From the human T2T-CHM13v2.0 reference genome, Homo sapiens: DNA of 64,000 nucleotides. Shown here in pieces: positions 39,121 through 52,174 of the stretch. The stretch lies in NCBI RefSeq assembly GCF_009914755.1, contig NC_060935.1; one strand, 5' to 3'. Both the position numbers and the translations under genes were made by a program. The notes beneath the pieces are model-generated. The model worked only from the letters and a program-made list of their open reading frames with translations. It was not told the origin of the DNA and made no database searches. Positions within the stretch are counted from its first letter, which is position 1. Each line of letters opens with the position of its first letter.

Positions 39121-40063
39121 GCATTTTGTTTCTGATTTTATAGTCATGCCTTTTGGCACATATAGAGGAAAAAAAACAACAACAACTGTATTTCCAGCAC
39201 CTAGAGATGACTAGTTTTAACAATTTGAAGAATTCCTTCCAGTATTTATGTGTATGTTCTGTCATATTAAAATTCTGTTTACTGTTTTGTGTCTTGCTTT
39301 TTTCTTTATGGAAGCATTCTCCTGTGATATTAATCTTCTGGCTTCTCAGTAATTGACATGATTCTTCCATCCAGTGATGTCTCCACGTAGCATATACCCC
39401 TGTATTTCATCTGTTACCATTTTTTAGAAACCTTTTCTGAATGGCCTCCTTCCCTGTGGAATTGAAGGTTGCCACTTCGTGTCCTGCACTGTATTTTTTA
39501 TTAGCTCTTTTCCCAGGACATTAGACCTCCTCATAGTGTATATGTTTGTTGGTGAGGTGCTGTAGGGCAAGAGTTATGTCTCATTCATTTTTGTCTCTTG
39601 ATATATGGTAGACTTTTATTTTATATCTGTTGACTTAATAATGACTCTAATGATATAAAAATAAGTCACATTTTTGAAAGCTTAGGTGGAATGCATTGAA
39701 CCTGGGATTTTATCTATTTTATTGCTAATTTGCATCACAGTTTTCAGTATCACAAGTAAGTATTATGCCATTTTTCAGATGAGGAACCCCATGTTAAATT
39801 TAATTGATTCTAAGTTATGAATTAGAAATCTTAATTAAGGAGAGTAACTGGAACCAGGCAAATTATATGGGAAGACCCTAGACCCACTCCTCTCACTTAA
39901 TCATAAGGTTAATGCCAGTCTCCATGAAAGCTGCAAATTTAAACAAGATATGGAATTGGTCCTCTAAAAGTTAATAATCAAACAGAAAAGTTGAGAAAGA
40001 CACACTTATAAGATAAATAAGTAAGGAGAAAAGGAGAGGGAGCTTTCTACTGTTTGATTAGTA

Positions 40064-40656
40064 TGTCAACCTAAAATAATCAAAAAGATCAGAATCCAGT
40101 TTAAAAGAGTTTAATCAAACACAAAGCTGAGAAGAGTTGTTTGGGTAACGCAGATTTGAAAGGAACGGTGTCAGTGCTTTGAACTTAAAAGTTAAGGCTT
40201 TGCTTATATAGGCAGAAAACAGTGAAATTTTGTGGGATTATAACATTTTCTATACAAGGCTGCTTTATGAGTTACAACAATTTAGTTAGTTATAGTTTGT
40301 TTTCTTTTCCGTACAGCTTCTTTTTTTTTCCTACACAGTTTAAAGGATTGTAGTTAGTATTTTGTCTTAGACATGATAATCATGAAGTCTTGTGTGAGAG
40401 AAGAAAGAGGGAAGTTAATTTATAATGAAGATCAAAAAACAGTTAAGAGAGAAGGGGGTCTTCACTGGGACCCTTACAACATTTTACAAAGCAATGTAGG
40501 TAAGGAAAAGGCTAATCTATAATCAGAGAACAAAGATTATGGCTGCCAGGTTATAGCTGCCTGATTGCACGACTCAGGTTCCATAATCACATTGCCTTAA
40601 GGCTGAAAATATCTTAAAATTTCAACAGCTTAAATTTCAAATTACTTATTTTCACA
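40064..40656 (-). mobile_element. Solo ERV1 LTR, MER4-group (MER34-like)
   Basis: TG...CA bounded ~590-bp unit: tgtcaacctaaaataatcaaaaagatcagaatccagtttaaaagagtttaatcaa...aattacttattttcaca. Confidence 0.75.
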
Positions 40657-42939
40657 AAGACTATTTTATCACTGACATTGTTTAGAATTGCCAGTATCTA
40701 GTGATAATAAAAAGCAGATCATCTTTAGTTGGTTTTAATATTTTTAAAATTGTGTACAGGCAATATACTGATTGCCTGCACCAGTACAGACTGCTCCAGC
40801 CCATCACAAACCTTAGTATACTTTGCATATATAAAAATATTATTGGTTATGATAGACTGATTTGGCAAATATCAAATGAATACAGTGAGAATGGATGACA
40901 TATAGTTCATAGTTTAATCAAACATCACAATTTTCTCCTCATGTTCCATTATTTAAACATTGTCTCTTTAAGCCAAAGTTAATAAAAAGAAGAGGCTAGA
41001 TCTGCAATGAGGACAAAGCAGTAGGCACTTCTAAGATTAATTTCAGATAGTGACTTTTGCAGTCAGATATCTGGAAACATGCACAGATCCTGGGGCTGCC
41101 TTCTGATTGTCTCTCAGCTGTGTCTTCTCAGGGACATTCAAAGCCTTAACAGTAACATGTCATTATATGTTTGCATTCTTGTCCCCAAATACCTTGAACA
41201 CATTTATTCTTTGGTGATAATATGAATAATAGCTTCAATTTATTAAGTACTCACTTTGAGCTAGACATGAATTTGTATAAATTACTTCATTTATTCTAAG
41301 AGCAACTCTCTGAGTAAATAAAAATACTCTCCATACAATAGCTACTAAGTAGGGGGCCAAGTCATTTAATGCCAAAATCTTTTTTGAACCCCAGGCATTT
41401 AACACAAAAATCTTTGCTCTTTCTATTTTGTCAAGCCTGTTTTTTTTGATCTCCCGAGTTTTTGCTTGAGGCAAGCATTCTGCTTATTGAACATCTATTC
41501 TCATTTTTTCTACTAAAATCATCTGTTTCTTTCCATTGGAAAATTGCATTTTTCCCATTAGATACATTCATAGCAATTCTGTAAAGTGCATCATTCCTAT
41601 CCCAGTTTTCCTGAAACAAGAGTGACCCAAGCTAGACTAATCAAGTGCTCTGTCTTTAGATTCTGTATTCTGAGAAGCATGTCATAGTATCTGGTCATTG
41701 ATATAATTTATTCATCTCTGAGCAAAGCCCTGAGGAGATTCTTCATTAGTTTCTGCTGTCTAAATCCCAGAGTTTCCTAGGTCTGATCCTCTCTGAGCCT
41801 TGTTATTCAATTTTTTTCCTTAATTCTGTGAGTGAACCCACAGTTTTCCAATAAATTACTTTTTGCCATAAATTAACCAAAGTTGATTACTGGATGTCTG
41901 TTGCCCCCAACCCAACCAAAAAAAAAGGGTCATGTCCTGTGCTTTGTCAGTTAAAAACCAAACAAGACACAAATAAAGAATTAACAATCCCTATGGACAC
42001 TTTGTTTTATGTTGTACCCTTATTCTGATTTCTTGTTTCGGAACAAGCCTCTGGTGAGGACTGGAAGTTTCATTTGGTTTGTGTAGAGATAGAAAGAGAG
42101 CAGAATAACACGGGCACTCTCAGATACATTGCAGACTTACAGAAGCTCATTCTGCAGATGCAGAAACTGGGAAATAGATGAGTAAAAGATCTGATCAGTC
42201 ATCTTTCAGCGTGAGTTAATGGGCAACCTAGAGCCAAGCATTACCCATCTGCCATAAGAATGACTTTTCATATATGCTTTGGCCACGTAATTATGCCATT
42301 TTAAATGTCTCTTTACAATATAAAGATTTCCAAACTTCAGCCAATTACCCAGAAAATTGTTTTATTGTCAAATCCCACTTTGAAAAGTAATTTATAAAGC
42401 TAGTAGTTTTGTTGTTGTTTTTGTTGTTTATTTTAGGAATTGGAGAGACATCTTCATTTGTGAGATTATAGAACACAGAAAAATTGGCTAAGGGAGTTTC
42501 TCTCTTTCAAGGTACCTAAGCATTAAATGACTCAGATGCCTGGTTCTAAGGAGCAGTTTATGATTCTAATCCATGTGCTGAAGGTGACTTAGTTTTCGAC
42601 CAGATTCCCAGTATTGTTAAGGTGTTAGTTTGTTACCTTGAGAGTATTTCACTTATTATTGTGCAAAAGACTTCCTTTCTAATGGATTGAAAATAAAACT
42701 GCATAGAAAAATTCATTTATTCAGCTATTCAGATATGTGCATATTCATTCATTCAGGACAGAATTATTGAGTGTTTTGAAGAAGATTAAAGATGACAAAG
42801 GTAATAGCATTTATCACCTCAAGGAGCTATAATGAAGACAAGACATGTGAAACAAGTCATTTCCCAAAGTAGAATATGCTGTTTGTAGTTGAAAAAGATA
42901 TCAAAAGTTCACTTCCCAACCAAAAATAGTTTTATATAT

Positions 42940-43142
42940 CCTGATTTATTATTCGTAATACACTCTTCACTACTTTGAATTATATATTACATATTTATTA
43001 TTTTTGTTATATTGACCTACACTAGAATGTAAAATAAATGAGGGTAGGAACTTTGTCTAGTTCATCTGTATTCCTGGCAGTGAGAACAATACCTGACATA
43101 TAGAGGTTACTTAATAGGTATTGATGGAAAGAATGTATGAAC
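42940..43142 (+). mobile_element. L2a 3' end
   Basis: actagaatgtaaaataaatgagggtaggaactttgtctagttcatctgtattcctggcagtgagaacaatacctgacatatagagg...gaatgtatgaa. Confidence 0.8.
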
Positions 43143-43477
43143 AATGAATCTTTCCAAGAAATTCTTGAGAAGGTTTCAAAGGGAAAGAAATGATCGAATT
43201 GCATCTTAAAGCCTCAATTTAAGTTCCACAGTAATGTGAGTAGGGGAAAAAGAACATTTCGGGAGCAACATATTTCAGAGAATAACCTATGCAAATGCAT
43301 GGCAGAGAGAGATGGAGTTCAATTTAATGAAGAAACACTAAATAGTAGTTCAGGTTAGTAGAAAATTAGAGTGTGTGGATGAGTGTAACAGGTGATGAGA
43401 CTTGAAAGCCTTCTTGGTTCTGATTGATGAATTTCAAATTTTAATCTCTCAAAAACAGGATTGTCCATGAAAGGCAT

Positions 43478-43835
43478 TAATATGGTTTGGCTTTGCTGTC
43501 ACCCAAATCTCATCTGGAATTCCCACGTGTTGTAGAAGGGACCCAGTGAGAGGTAACTGAATCACGGGGGCAGGTCTTTCCCATGCTATTCTGGCAATAG
43601 TAAGTAAGTCTCACGAGATCTGATGGTTATAAAAAGGAGGGTTTCCCTGCACAAACGCTCCTTTCTCTGCCTGCTGCCCTCCACATAAGATGTGACTTGT
43701 TCTTCTTTGCCTTCTGCCATGATTGTGAGGCTTCCCCCGCCATGTGGAACTGTAAGTCCAATTAAACTTCTTCCTTTCGTAAACTGCCCAGTCTCTGATA
43801 CGTCTTTATCAGCGGTGTGAAAACAGACTAATACA
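43478..43835 (+). mobile_element. THE1 (ERVL-MaLR) solo LTR, inserted in an L2 fragment
   Basis: taatatggtttggct...cacccaaatctcatc...gtctcacgagatctgatgg...gtgtgaaaacagactaataca, 358 bp. Flanks ggcat and cgtgt could be a decayed 5-bp TSD. Confidence 0.93.
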
Positions 43836-44548
43836 CGTGTTAAGAAAGGGAGTGACAGGATTGTGTTTGTTGTGGAATCACTTCTGCGGCACTAAAAAAG
43901 TTGACTGGAAAAGCATTTGAGTTAGGTCAGAGAAACCAGTTAGGAAGCTATTGCAAACATAAAGGAAAGAGATTATAAAAGTTTAAGTCATGGCCCCTTT
44001 GAAAGTGAGGAAGAAAAAATAAAAATTAATGTTTTTGCATTCACTGAAGCTCGCTTTACATGGGCTATCTCATTTGCAGCACTTTATTCACTGAAGGCGT
44101 TAAATACTACCAGGCACACCTGCTTCTTAACTTGAGCATCACTCAAGAATAGAACTCAAGCCAAGTAAAACAATTTTCTCAGTATGGAACTTCAGCTAAA
44201 AACGAGTGAGCACAGCAGTTTCTAATTGCTAAGCTGGTGACTTTTTACCAAGGTGGGGAGATCAGTTGGAAACAACAACAACAAAACAGGATGTATTCTG
44301 TAGCAAACATCTCTCCAAAGACAATCTGGCCAAGGGGTGGTCTGCAAAATCCAAACCTCCTCCAAATAGGAAGTTCTGAAAGAAAGCTTCCAAGTGCTTA
44401 GGAATGGAACAAGAATTCATAGTATGAATGACCTTACATTTCCAATGTTTCAGAAGTTCTCTGACATGGGAATGAGATGGTAATTGCTGGCTTTTACTAA
44501 GGTCCTAAAATATATAACTGACTATATGACTCCACTGTTAGAGATACT

Positions 44549-44708
44549 ATAAACTCCCCAGAATCAGAGTTCAATCATGATGTTGAGATGTAACAGTTTG
44601 GGGAGGGGAAGCTGTAAGGGTTATCACAATGATAAATTCCCCAGAACAGTTCAATCATGATATTGAGACATAACAGTTTGGGGAGTGGAGGCTGTAAGAG
44701 TTGTCACA
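44549..44708 (+). repeat. Two-copy ~80-bp tandem duplication
   Basis: Copy 1 at 44549-44628 and copy 2 at 44632-44708; by eye they differ by 8 substitutions and 3 nt of indel. Confidence 0.9.
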
Positions 44709-44797
44709 GATCATTATAAAAAAAACATTGAAGTATGGAAGCTTGAGAATACTTATTTTTTCTTACTATGGCTGATTCAAGAATATGTCTAAAATAA

Positions 44798-45180
<383 letters not shown>

Positions 45181-46734
45181 TAGGAATTTGCATTATCTTG
45201 GGTGTGCCTATGGGAGGAAGATGCAAATGTGAGATTGCAGTTTTAAAAAAAAAAAAAAGTTGATAATCACTGACTGCAAGAAGCCACTCTTTTAATGATA
45301 TTCAAAATCTTTATGGCCCCAGCCTTCTCTACTTCCTCCATGATCTCTGCCTAGGACATACTTGATATTTGCCATTCTTAGAACATGTTGCCTCTCTTTA
45401 CCTCTATTTCTTTTGCCTGGAGTGTTCTTCTTCTTCCACTCTCCAGTCTCTTTGAAGTACTTTCCAACTCTCCAACTGAGAGTCACACACCTCTAATTGC
45501 AGTATCTACCTTGCTTTATAAGACTGATGTGTTAATGGGCTGTCTCCCTTAAATAACTGCCAATCTTTAAGGGCAGATACTCTGTCTTAGTCAGTCTGCA
45601 ACATGTTTGACTCATAGCAGTGCACAATGTTTAGGGAATGTTTAGTAAATATTGAGGCAGTAACATCAGGAAATGTTAGATTTGTAGTATTTTTCTATAT
45701 CACAAGCCTAACGAAAATTTTAAAACATCTATTTTGACATGTGTCTTTTTTTTTCTGTGGGAAAGAGAATTACTTTACATCTTGGTTATGTTAATTTAGT
45801 AAATATTCCTTGAACGTTTCTGAGGCTCAATTTTGTGGCAATGTCATGATCAAAGGTTAGAAAACATTGTCCTTCCCCTTATGTTGCTCACAAGATAATG
45901 AGACACATGTTTAACTCCAGCCTTACCTTTGAATGTGTGTATGTGAACATAAATGCACATCACAATGAAAGGCAGAATAATTATAAGACATTAGGTTGCA
46001 CTAAAATGAGGCCATAGGGTCAATACTATCTTCATAGAGCAGAGCTGAAGGAAGTGCACATTAATTCTGATATTATTTATGCTTACAAAGTAGAATCTGG
46101 GGGCTCTCTGATTTAAGTACCTAGTGGCTTAAACTCACTTCCTCATAGACTTGAGTCATACTCTATTACAGACTTGAAAAGATCCCCAAGTTCTCTGAAA
46201 AATAAAAAATGGAAGTCCTCAATTCTGTATAGTCTTCTCTTTCCTTCCCAATTAAATTGAAACACTTGACAGCCCAGCCTTCAGGAGACTGCTTGCAGGG
46301 CTGAGCTTTTTCATCCTGAATCTGATGCTCAATATTTGGGATTTAGTCAGCAGTAGGAGATGGGCTCTTAAGAAAGTGAGTGAATGTTATCTAATGATTG
46401 CCCTAGAGAAGTGAAATGCATGATGGAAAGGGGGAGAAATAAATGGCACAGACAAGAACATTATTTAGAGTCCCAAAGCCTTGGTCTGAGATGCTTGTCC
46501 TAAATACAGCCAGTTTCCAGATGCCCTTACAGGGTAGCAGGAGGGACAGCTGGGTCTAGTGATGCCACAGCATGAGATATGATTTCCAAATACTGGTTTG
46601 GAATACAGGCAGAAACTGGGTGCATTAATCAGAATGTTTCAAATATTCAAGCATGAAGCATATTGCAGGATTCTGAGATTTGTTCTTTGACCCTGGTCAA
46701 CCTACTATGGATTCAACAGGGGAGGCTCTCTATG

Positions 46735-47195
46735 GAGCAAAGGGAAAAGCATTGGCTTTGGAATCTGCAGATTTGAGTTAGTTTCTAACTACACCACTGT
46801 GTACCTTTGGATGAGTCATTTAATTTCCCTGAAGCTCAATTTTCCTATCAATAAAATGGATATAATAGTAATTCATCATGTTGTTGTCTAAATACTACTT
46901 ACTTTAAGCTCAATAAATGGTGATTGTTATTGTTAATATCATAGTAGTAGAGGTTAAGGTCAAGTTTTGAACCAGATACACCCAGGACCAAATCTTGGTC
47001 TTCAATCATTTAAAAAAATGTGATCTTGGAGTAGTTCTTTAATCTCTTTGTGATTCAGTTTCTTAATTTGTAAATGGGTATAATAATAATTACAAGAATT
47101 TAAGCCTCATAGGTTTATGGTGAAGATCAAATGAGATGATACACTTAACCCTCTTATAATACTTACCACCTAGAAAGTGTTCAATAAGCTATCAT
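46735..47195 (+). mobile_element. Two tandem MIR SINEs (~46735-46930 and ~46945-47195)
   Basis: Two successive MIR cores (gaagctcaattttcctatcaataaaatggatataatag; gattcagtttcttaatttgtaaatgggtataataat), each ending in ctcaataaatg or gttcaataag. Confidence 0.75.
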
Positions 47196-47914
47196 CATCA
47201 TCATCACCAAGGGCATGCATCAGCAGCCTCATTATAATGGAAATCACATTTACTGACCAGTGTCTATGTGCCATACACTGTGTACTTCCTATGCATCATC
47301 TGATATTTTTAATATGCACTCTTGTGGGGCATAGCAGGAGGAAATGAGCAAAAAAATGGCACAGAGTCCTGGGACCTGTGAAGAAGGCCTTGATCTTGGA
47401 ATATGCTCTACATTTTATCTCTTGCATGGTTTTGTTCCAGTGGTTTCTTCCTCTTTCAGGGATTCCTTCTCCACCTAGAAATATCCCAACTGTGCTTCAA
47501 GACCCCACCTACACAGCATTTTATCCATATTTTTGGTCACTAACTATCCTCAATGAGTTAGCTTCTCTCCTCTGTACAATCCAGAGGAGATGTGTTGTGC
47601 AATCCCAGCACCTACCCATGGTGTTTTCGTAGAGGTTACCACCGGTATCGTACCACAGTATTGTTCATTAAGTTGCTTACCTTCCCCACGAGCCAGAACT
47701 TCATGAGAAGAAAGGATGCCTTAGTCAGCTGATTCATGTTTGTATCCTCAGTAACCAACACAGTGCTAGGCACATAGTAAGTGCAAATAATATATTATGT
47801 TTTAAAGTAAGCAAGTTTGTCTTTGAGACATTTCTACCAACTGTATCTGTACCCTTTCCTGGTACAAAGACTCCAGTATCGCAGACTTGAGTCTCTTTGG
47901 CAAAAAACCAACTA

Positions 47915-48761
47915 CAGTAAATCCTCACTTAATGTTATCAATAGGTTCTTGGAAACTGTCATTTTAAACAAAGCAATATATTACAAAACCAATAGGTTAA
48001 TTGATGTAAACAAGAGTTAAGCTCCTATGGCATACTTTTAGTCACAAAAACATCACCAAACTTCTAAATAAAGAACCAAAACCCTTCTAATATGAAACAT
48101 TGTAACAAATGTGTCCTATACATACATTTTAAAAAGATTAATAAAAACAAGTAGAATAATTATTTACCTATTTTTGGGGGAATCAGTGAGTGATGGCAGT
48201 TGTAGCAGTGGTGGATTAAATCAAGGAATAAACGTTTGCAAAGCAAAAATTATCAGAAGCACCTCCTATCACCATGCAATTGAAACACAAGCAATTAGAA
48301 ATACCGTGGGCTCCCTGAGGGCTTTTGTACCACGTTGTTTATTGTTGTGCATTTGTATGATACTCTTATACTTTAAGAATTTTTATTTGGCAATCATTTG
48401 TATTTATTCATTCATTTTTCAACATGCTTATTCCAGTATATTGCCTCTGGTATCCAGAGCCTATCCCAGCAGGACAAGGCAGAAGATGGAACTAGACAGG
48501 ACACCTTAGTCCATCGCAGGGTGTACTCACACACACCCACCCTCACTCAAATGGGGACCATTTAGACACACCAATTCACCTAACGTGCACATTTTTGAGA
48601 TGTGAGAGAAAGCTGGAGAACCCGACGAAAACCCACACAGACATGAGGAGAATGTGCAAACTCCACACAGACAGTGGCCCTGGCTGGGAATTGGTTTTTT
48701 TCCTCTTCAAGGTTATAACAAAACTAGGTTGAATAAAATAACATTATTCAAGGACTTACTG
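47915..48761. mobile_element. MER6 (TcMar-Tigger non-autonomous DNA transposon), essentially complete
   Basis: Left TIR cagtaaatcctcacttaatgttat is preceded by TA. The right TIR reverse-complements to cagtaagtccttgaataatgttat. The element is 847 bp and its internal sequence matches the remembered MER6 consensus. Confidence 0.88.
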
Positions 48762-49869
48762 TCCCTTTTAAGCTGTAAAAATCCTCCCTTTGTATACAGA
48801 CAAATAGCAAGAACTGCTGAGGTTTATGAAATAGTATTTTGTTGAATTATTTAAATAAAAACTGGACATGTGATTGATGGATTTGATCTGTGAGTGGGAA
48901 AGAAGTCTGATGGTTTATGATCTCTATTATCCAAACTTATTTCTTATATGAAGCTAAACTCACCTCAATGTCCATCAGATACCAGTGCCCAGCCAACAAA
49001 AACCACCACGGAGGTCCCTGGGGGAGATGGCTCTTGGTCTTGAAACTGGAGAAAAGGTTGTTTTTCTTATAACAGACTGGTAGTTTATTCTCCTTTCCCT
49101 TTTGATGTAGTGTGTCCCTCAGATCTGGCTGTTCCCCATATGACTAGCAGTGTGTTTGTAATGTAAGGAAAGGAAACTGTGAGGCAGACCAAAGACATAG
49201 AGTCAGAGGTAACTGAATTCCAAGATACCCTGTGCTGCGGCCATGCTTCCTCCATATTGTCAAAAGAAATAAACAATTATCTACAAACAAAGGGCATCAC
49301 TGCAAACAAGGCTTAACTTTATTCCTGAGCACTGCAGATGTTTGCTAGAACAGATAAATAGAAGGAGTGAATACCACCTTGAAAGCTGCTCTCAGGCTCC
49401 AAGAGCATGGCACTGGCATCTGGTCAGGCTTATCCCACTTCAGAAAGTCTGAACACTGCAGTGAGCACAAAAAAGCTGGCTGCTCAAACCCAGACACTTA
49501 GAAATTGTTATCTGAAACCAAGGCAGCCAGGGCCTGTGGCTTATGGAACAATTACTATATGCTAGTGTTTATGATTCTTTATCTCATTAACCCTCGTGAC
49601 AGCCCACTGAGATAAGCACTATTACTATAACTCCTTCACATGTGTGGATGAAATTTAGCCTTTCTCATATATGCTGTAGCCTTGAGTCCCCAGACTTTAG
49701 AATTTCATAGAGTGCAAAATTTCCTTAAAAGTTTTGAATATTTTAATTTTACCAAAAATTGGGTATTTAAAAGAAATCAGTAACCACCATTTATAATGAG
49801 TATTATTTAATTAAAAAGGACATTTATTACTCTCCCATAATCCAAAAATGGAATCCTTTAAATTTATTT

Positions 49870-50430
49870 ATCTACATGGAAAACTTGCATACCCTACCAT
49901 CCAGCAATCCTACCTCTAGATTTTTATTTGAGAATGACTTTTGTCAATGTACCTCAGAATACATGTACAAAAGTGTCCACAGCAGCCCCGTTCATATCAG
50001 AAGTAACCAGGAAACCATCCAAATGGCCATCTATAGGAAGGGGGATAAATAAATGCTTGTGCTTGCCATGTTTAAATATTGAAATAATATATAGCAGTTA
50101 GGAAAGTGAATGACAGCTGCATGCAAAAATATAAATCTTAGTAAAAGACTGAATGGTAAAAATGTCCAAAAGATTACCTCGAGCAAAATATGTTCTATAT
50201 CAGGTTAAAACTTAAGAATATACTTTTTAGGAACATACAGAAATATCTGCGTATATATATGTGTATGTGTGTATAATCTTTTAAAAGTTGAGAATAACAC
50301 AAAATTTAAAATAAGAGATATCTCAAGTGACAGAAGTATGATAATGAGATGAATGGGAACTGCATACATAGATTTAAATTACAGTCAATGTTCTAGTTTT
50401 TGTGTTAGGTAGGCGATATACCTGTGTTGA
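49870..50430 (+). mobile_element. L1ME 3' fragment
   Basis: cataccctaccatccagcaatcctacctctaga...acatgtacaaaagtgtccacagcagc...ggaaaccatccaaatggccatctataggaaggggataaataaat. Confidence 0.7.
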
Positions 50431-51343
50431 TTACAGTCTGTTGTTTCAAAGTAACAAAGAAATAACGGTTATTCATAGACCAATGACAGAAATGTGTCAA
50501 GAACCAAGAATTATTAATTCATTTTTCTTAAGATCCAAATGCAAACCTAATACAATGAAAAAAAAACAATGCAACAATTCCCTCAGTGTATTGTCTTTTT
50601 TTCTCCATTTTCTCAAGAAGCAGTTTTAAAATATATTTTAGAATAGTACTATTAAGTGTAGAGATCCATGTTTTGAAACAGTGATCTAAACCAACCAACT
50701 CATTTTTTTTCAAGAACTTGAGTTGTAAAGAGTTCTAGCGCCTTAGAACTGGGCTTGGTTCTAAAACTTCTACTAGGGAGTATGAATGAGAGAGAGAGAA
50801 AGAAAAGATCAGGTAAATGCACAAAAGAAAAGGGACAGACTATTGGGTTGAGAAACGTGTAGCCAGAGTGTATGGAAGACAGAGAGAGACACTAGGTAAG
50901 AAATAGATTCAGTGAAGTTGGAAAGGATATAACCATCTGTGAAAAGTGCTGCTACTATAATTGCTTGTTAACTCACATTTGCTTCCTGTCTGAAATAATA
51001 GAAAATTTACTCTGATGTAGATGGAAAACTTAATGGGGATAAATAGTTCTCACAGCATTCTCTTTAGTGGTATAGTAGGGAAAGGTGCCACGTATTCTAC
51101 TAACCAGCAGAACTTGTTTTTGTATACCAGAAGATTATGATCCAGTTTACAAAAATGCTACAATAATTAATCTGCCTAACTGTTCAGTGATTAATCTCAA
51201 AATCTCACTACCCTACTTAAACTGCTTCTGTCAACCTCCATAGATTATAAAGTTTAAGCTTCTTGTAAAACATTCTATGACTTGGCCTTTTCTTTCTGGC
51301 CAGATTTATCAACCATACCTCCCTAGTGGGCACTTTACATCAG

Positions 51344-52174
51344 TGTCTTAGTCCATTTTATAATACTATAACAGAATACCACAGACTAGGTAATTTATAA
51401 AGAAAAGAAATGTATTCCTGACAGTTCTGGGAGCAGGAAAGTCCAAGAACATAGCACTGGCATCTGTTGAGGGTCATCTCATGGTGGAAGATGGAAGATG
51501 GAATATGGAAGCAAGCACATGAGACAGAGAGATAAATGGGATGATTTCATCCTTTTTATTAGGAATCTACTCCCACAATAATGAATCCCCTTCTACTGAT
51601 ATGGGTTGGATCTGTGCCCCTGCCCAAATCTCATGTTCAGTTGTAATCCCCAGTGTTGGAAGTGGGGCCTGGTGGGTGGTACTTGGATCATGGGGGTGGT
51701 TTCTCATGGTTTAACACCATCCCCCTAGTGCCGTTCTTGTGATAGAGTTCTTATGAGATCTGGTTGTTTAAAAGTGTGGATATCCCCCATCCCTCCCTTC
51801 CTCCTGCTCTGGCCACGTGAAGTGATTCTCTCACTCTTTGCCTTCCACCATGATATTATGTTTCCTGAGGTCTCCCCAGAAACTGAGCAGATGGCCAGAA
51901 TCATGCTTTCTGTGCAATTTGTGGAACTGTGCAGCAATTAAACCTCTTTTCTTTATAAATTACCCAGTCTCATGTATTTCTTTGTAGCAGTGTGAGAATG
52001 GACTAATACAACTACAATAATAGCACTAATCCATTCATGAGGGTGGAGCCCATATGATCTAATTACCTCTTAAAGGCCTTACATTGTAATATTGTACACT
52101 GTAATACTTAATACTGGTAACACTGGCAAGTTTCCAACAGATGAAGTTTGGAGGACACATTCAAACCATTAGCA
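51344..52174 (-). mobile_element. MST (MSTB2/C/D-like) LTR interrupted by a younger MSTA-like LTR
   Basis: tgtcttagtccatttt...aataccacagactaggtaatttataaag on the left resumes after 52010 as aatagcactaatccattcatgagggtggagccc...cacattcaaaccattagca. Confidence 0.85.
51597..52010 (+). mobile_element. MSTA-like solo LTR
   Basis: tgatatgggttggatctgtgcccctgcccaaatctcatg...gagaatggactaataca. 5-bp TSD tctac/actac (4 of 5 match). Confidence 0.9.

Noticed and set aside
48111-48509. 132-aa ORF inside MER6 as a possible transposase
   Set aside because: No HTH or DDE/D-like motifs were seen, and MER6 is a non-autonomous element.
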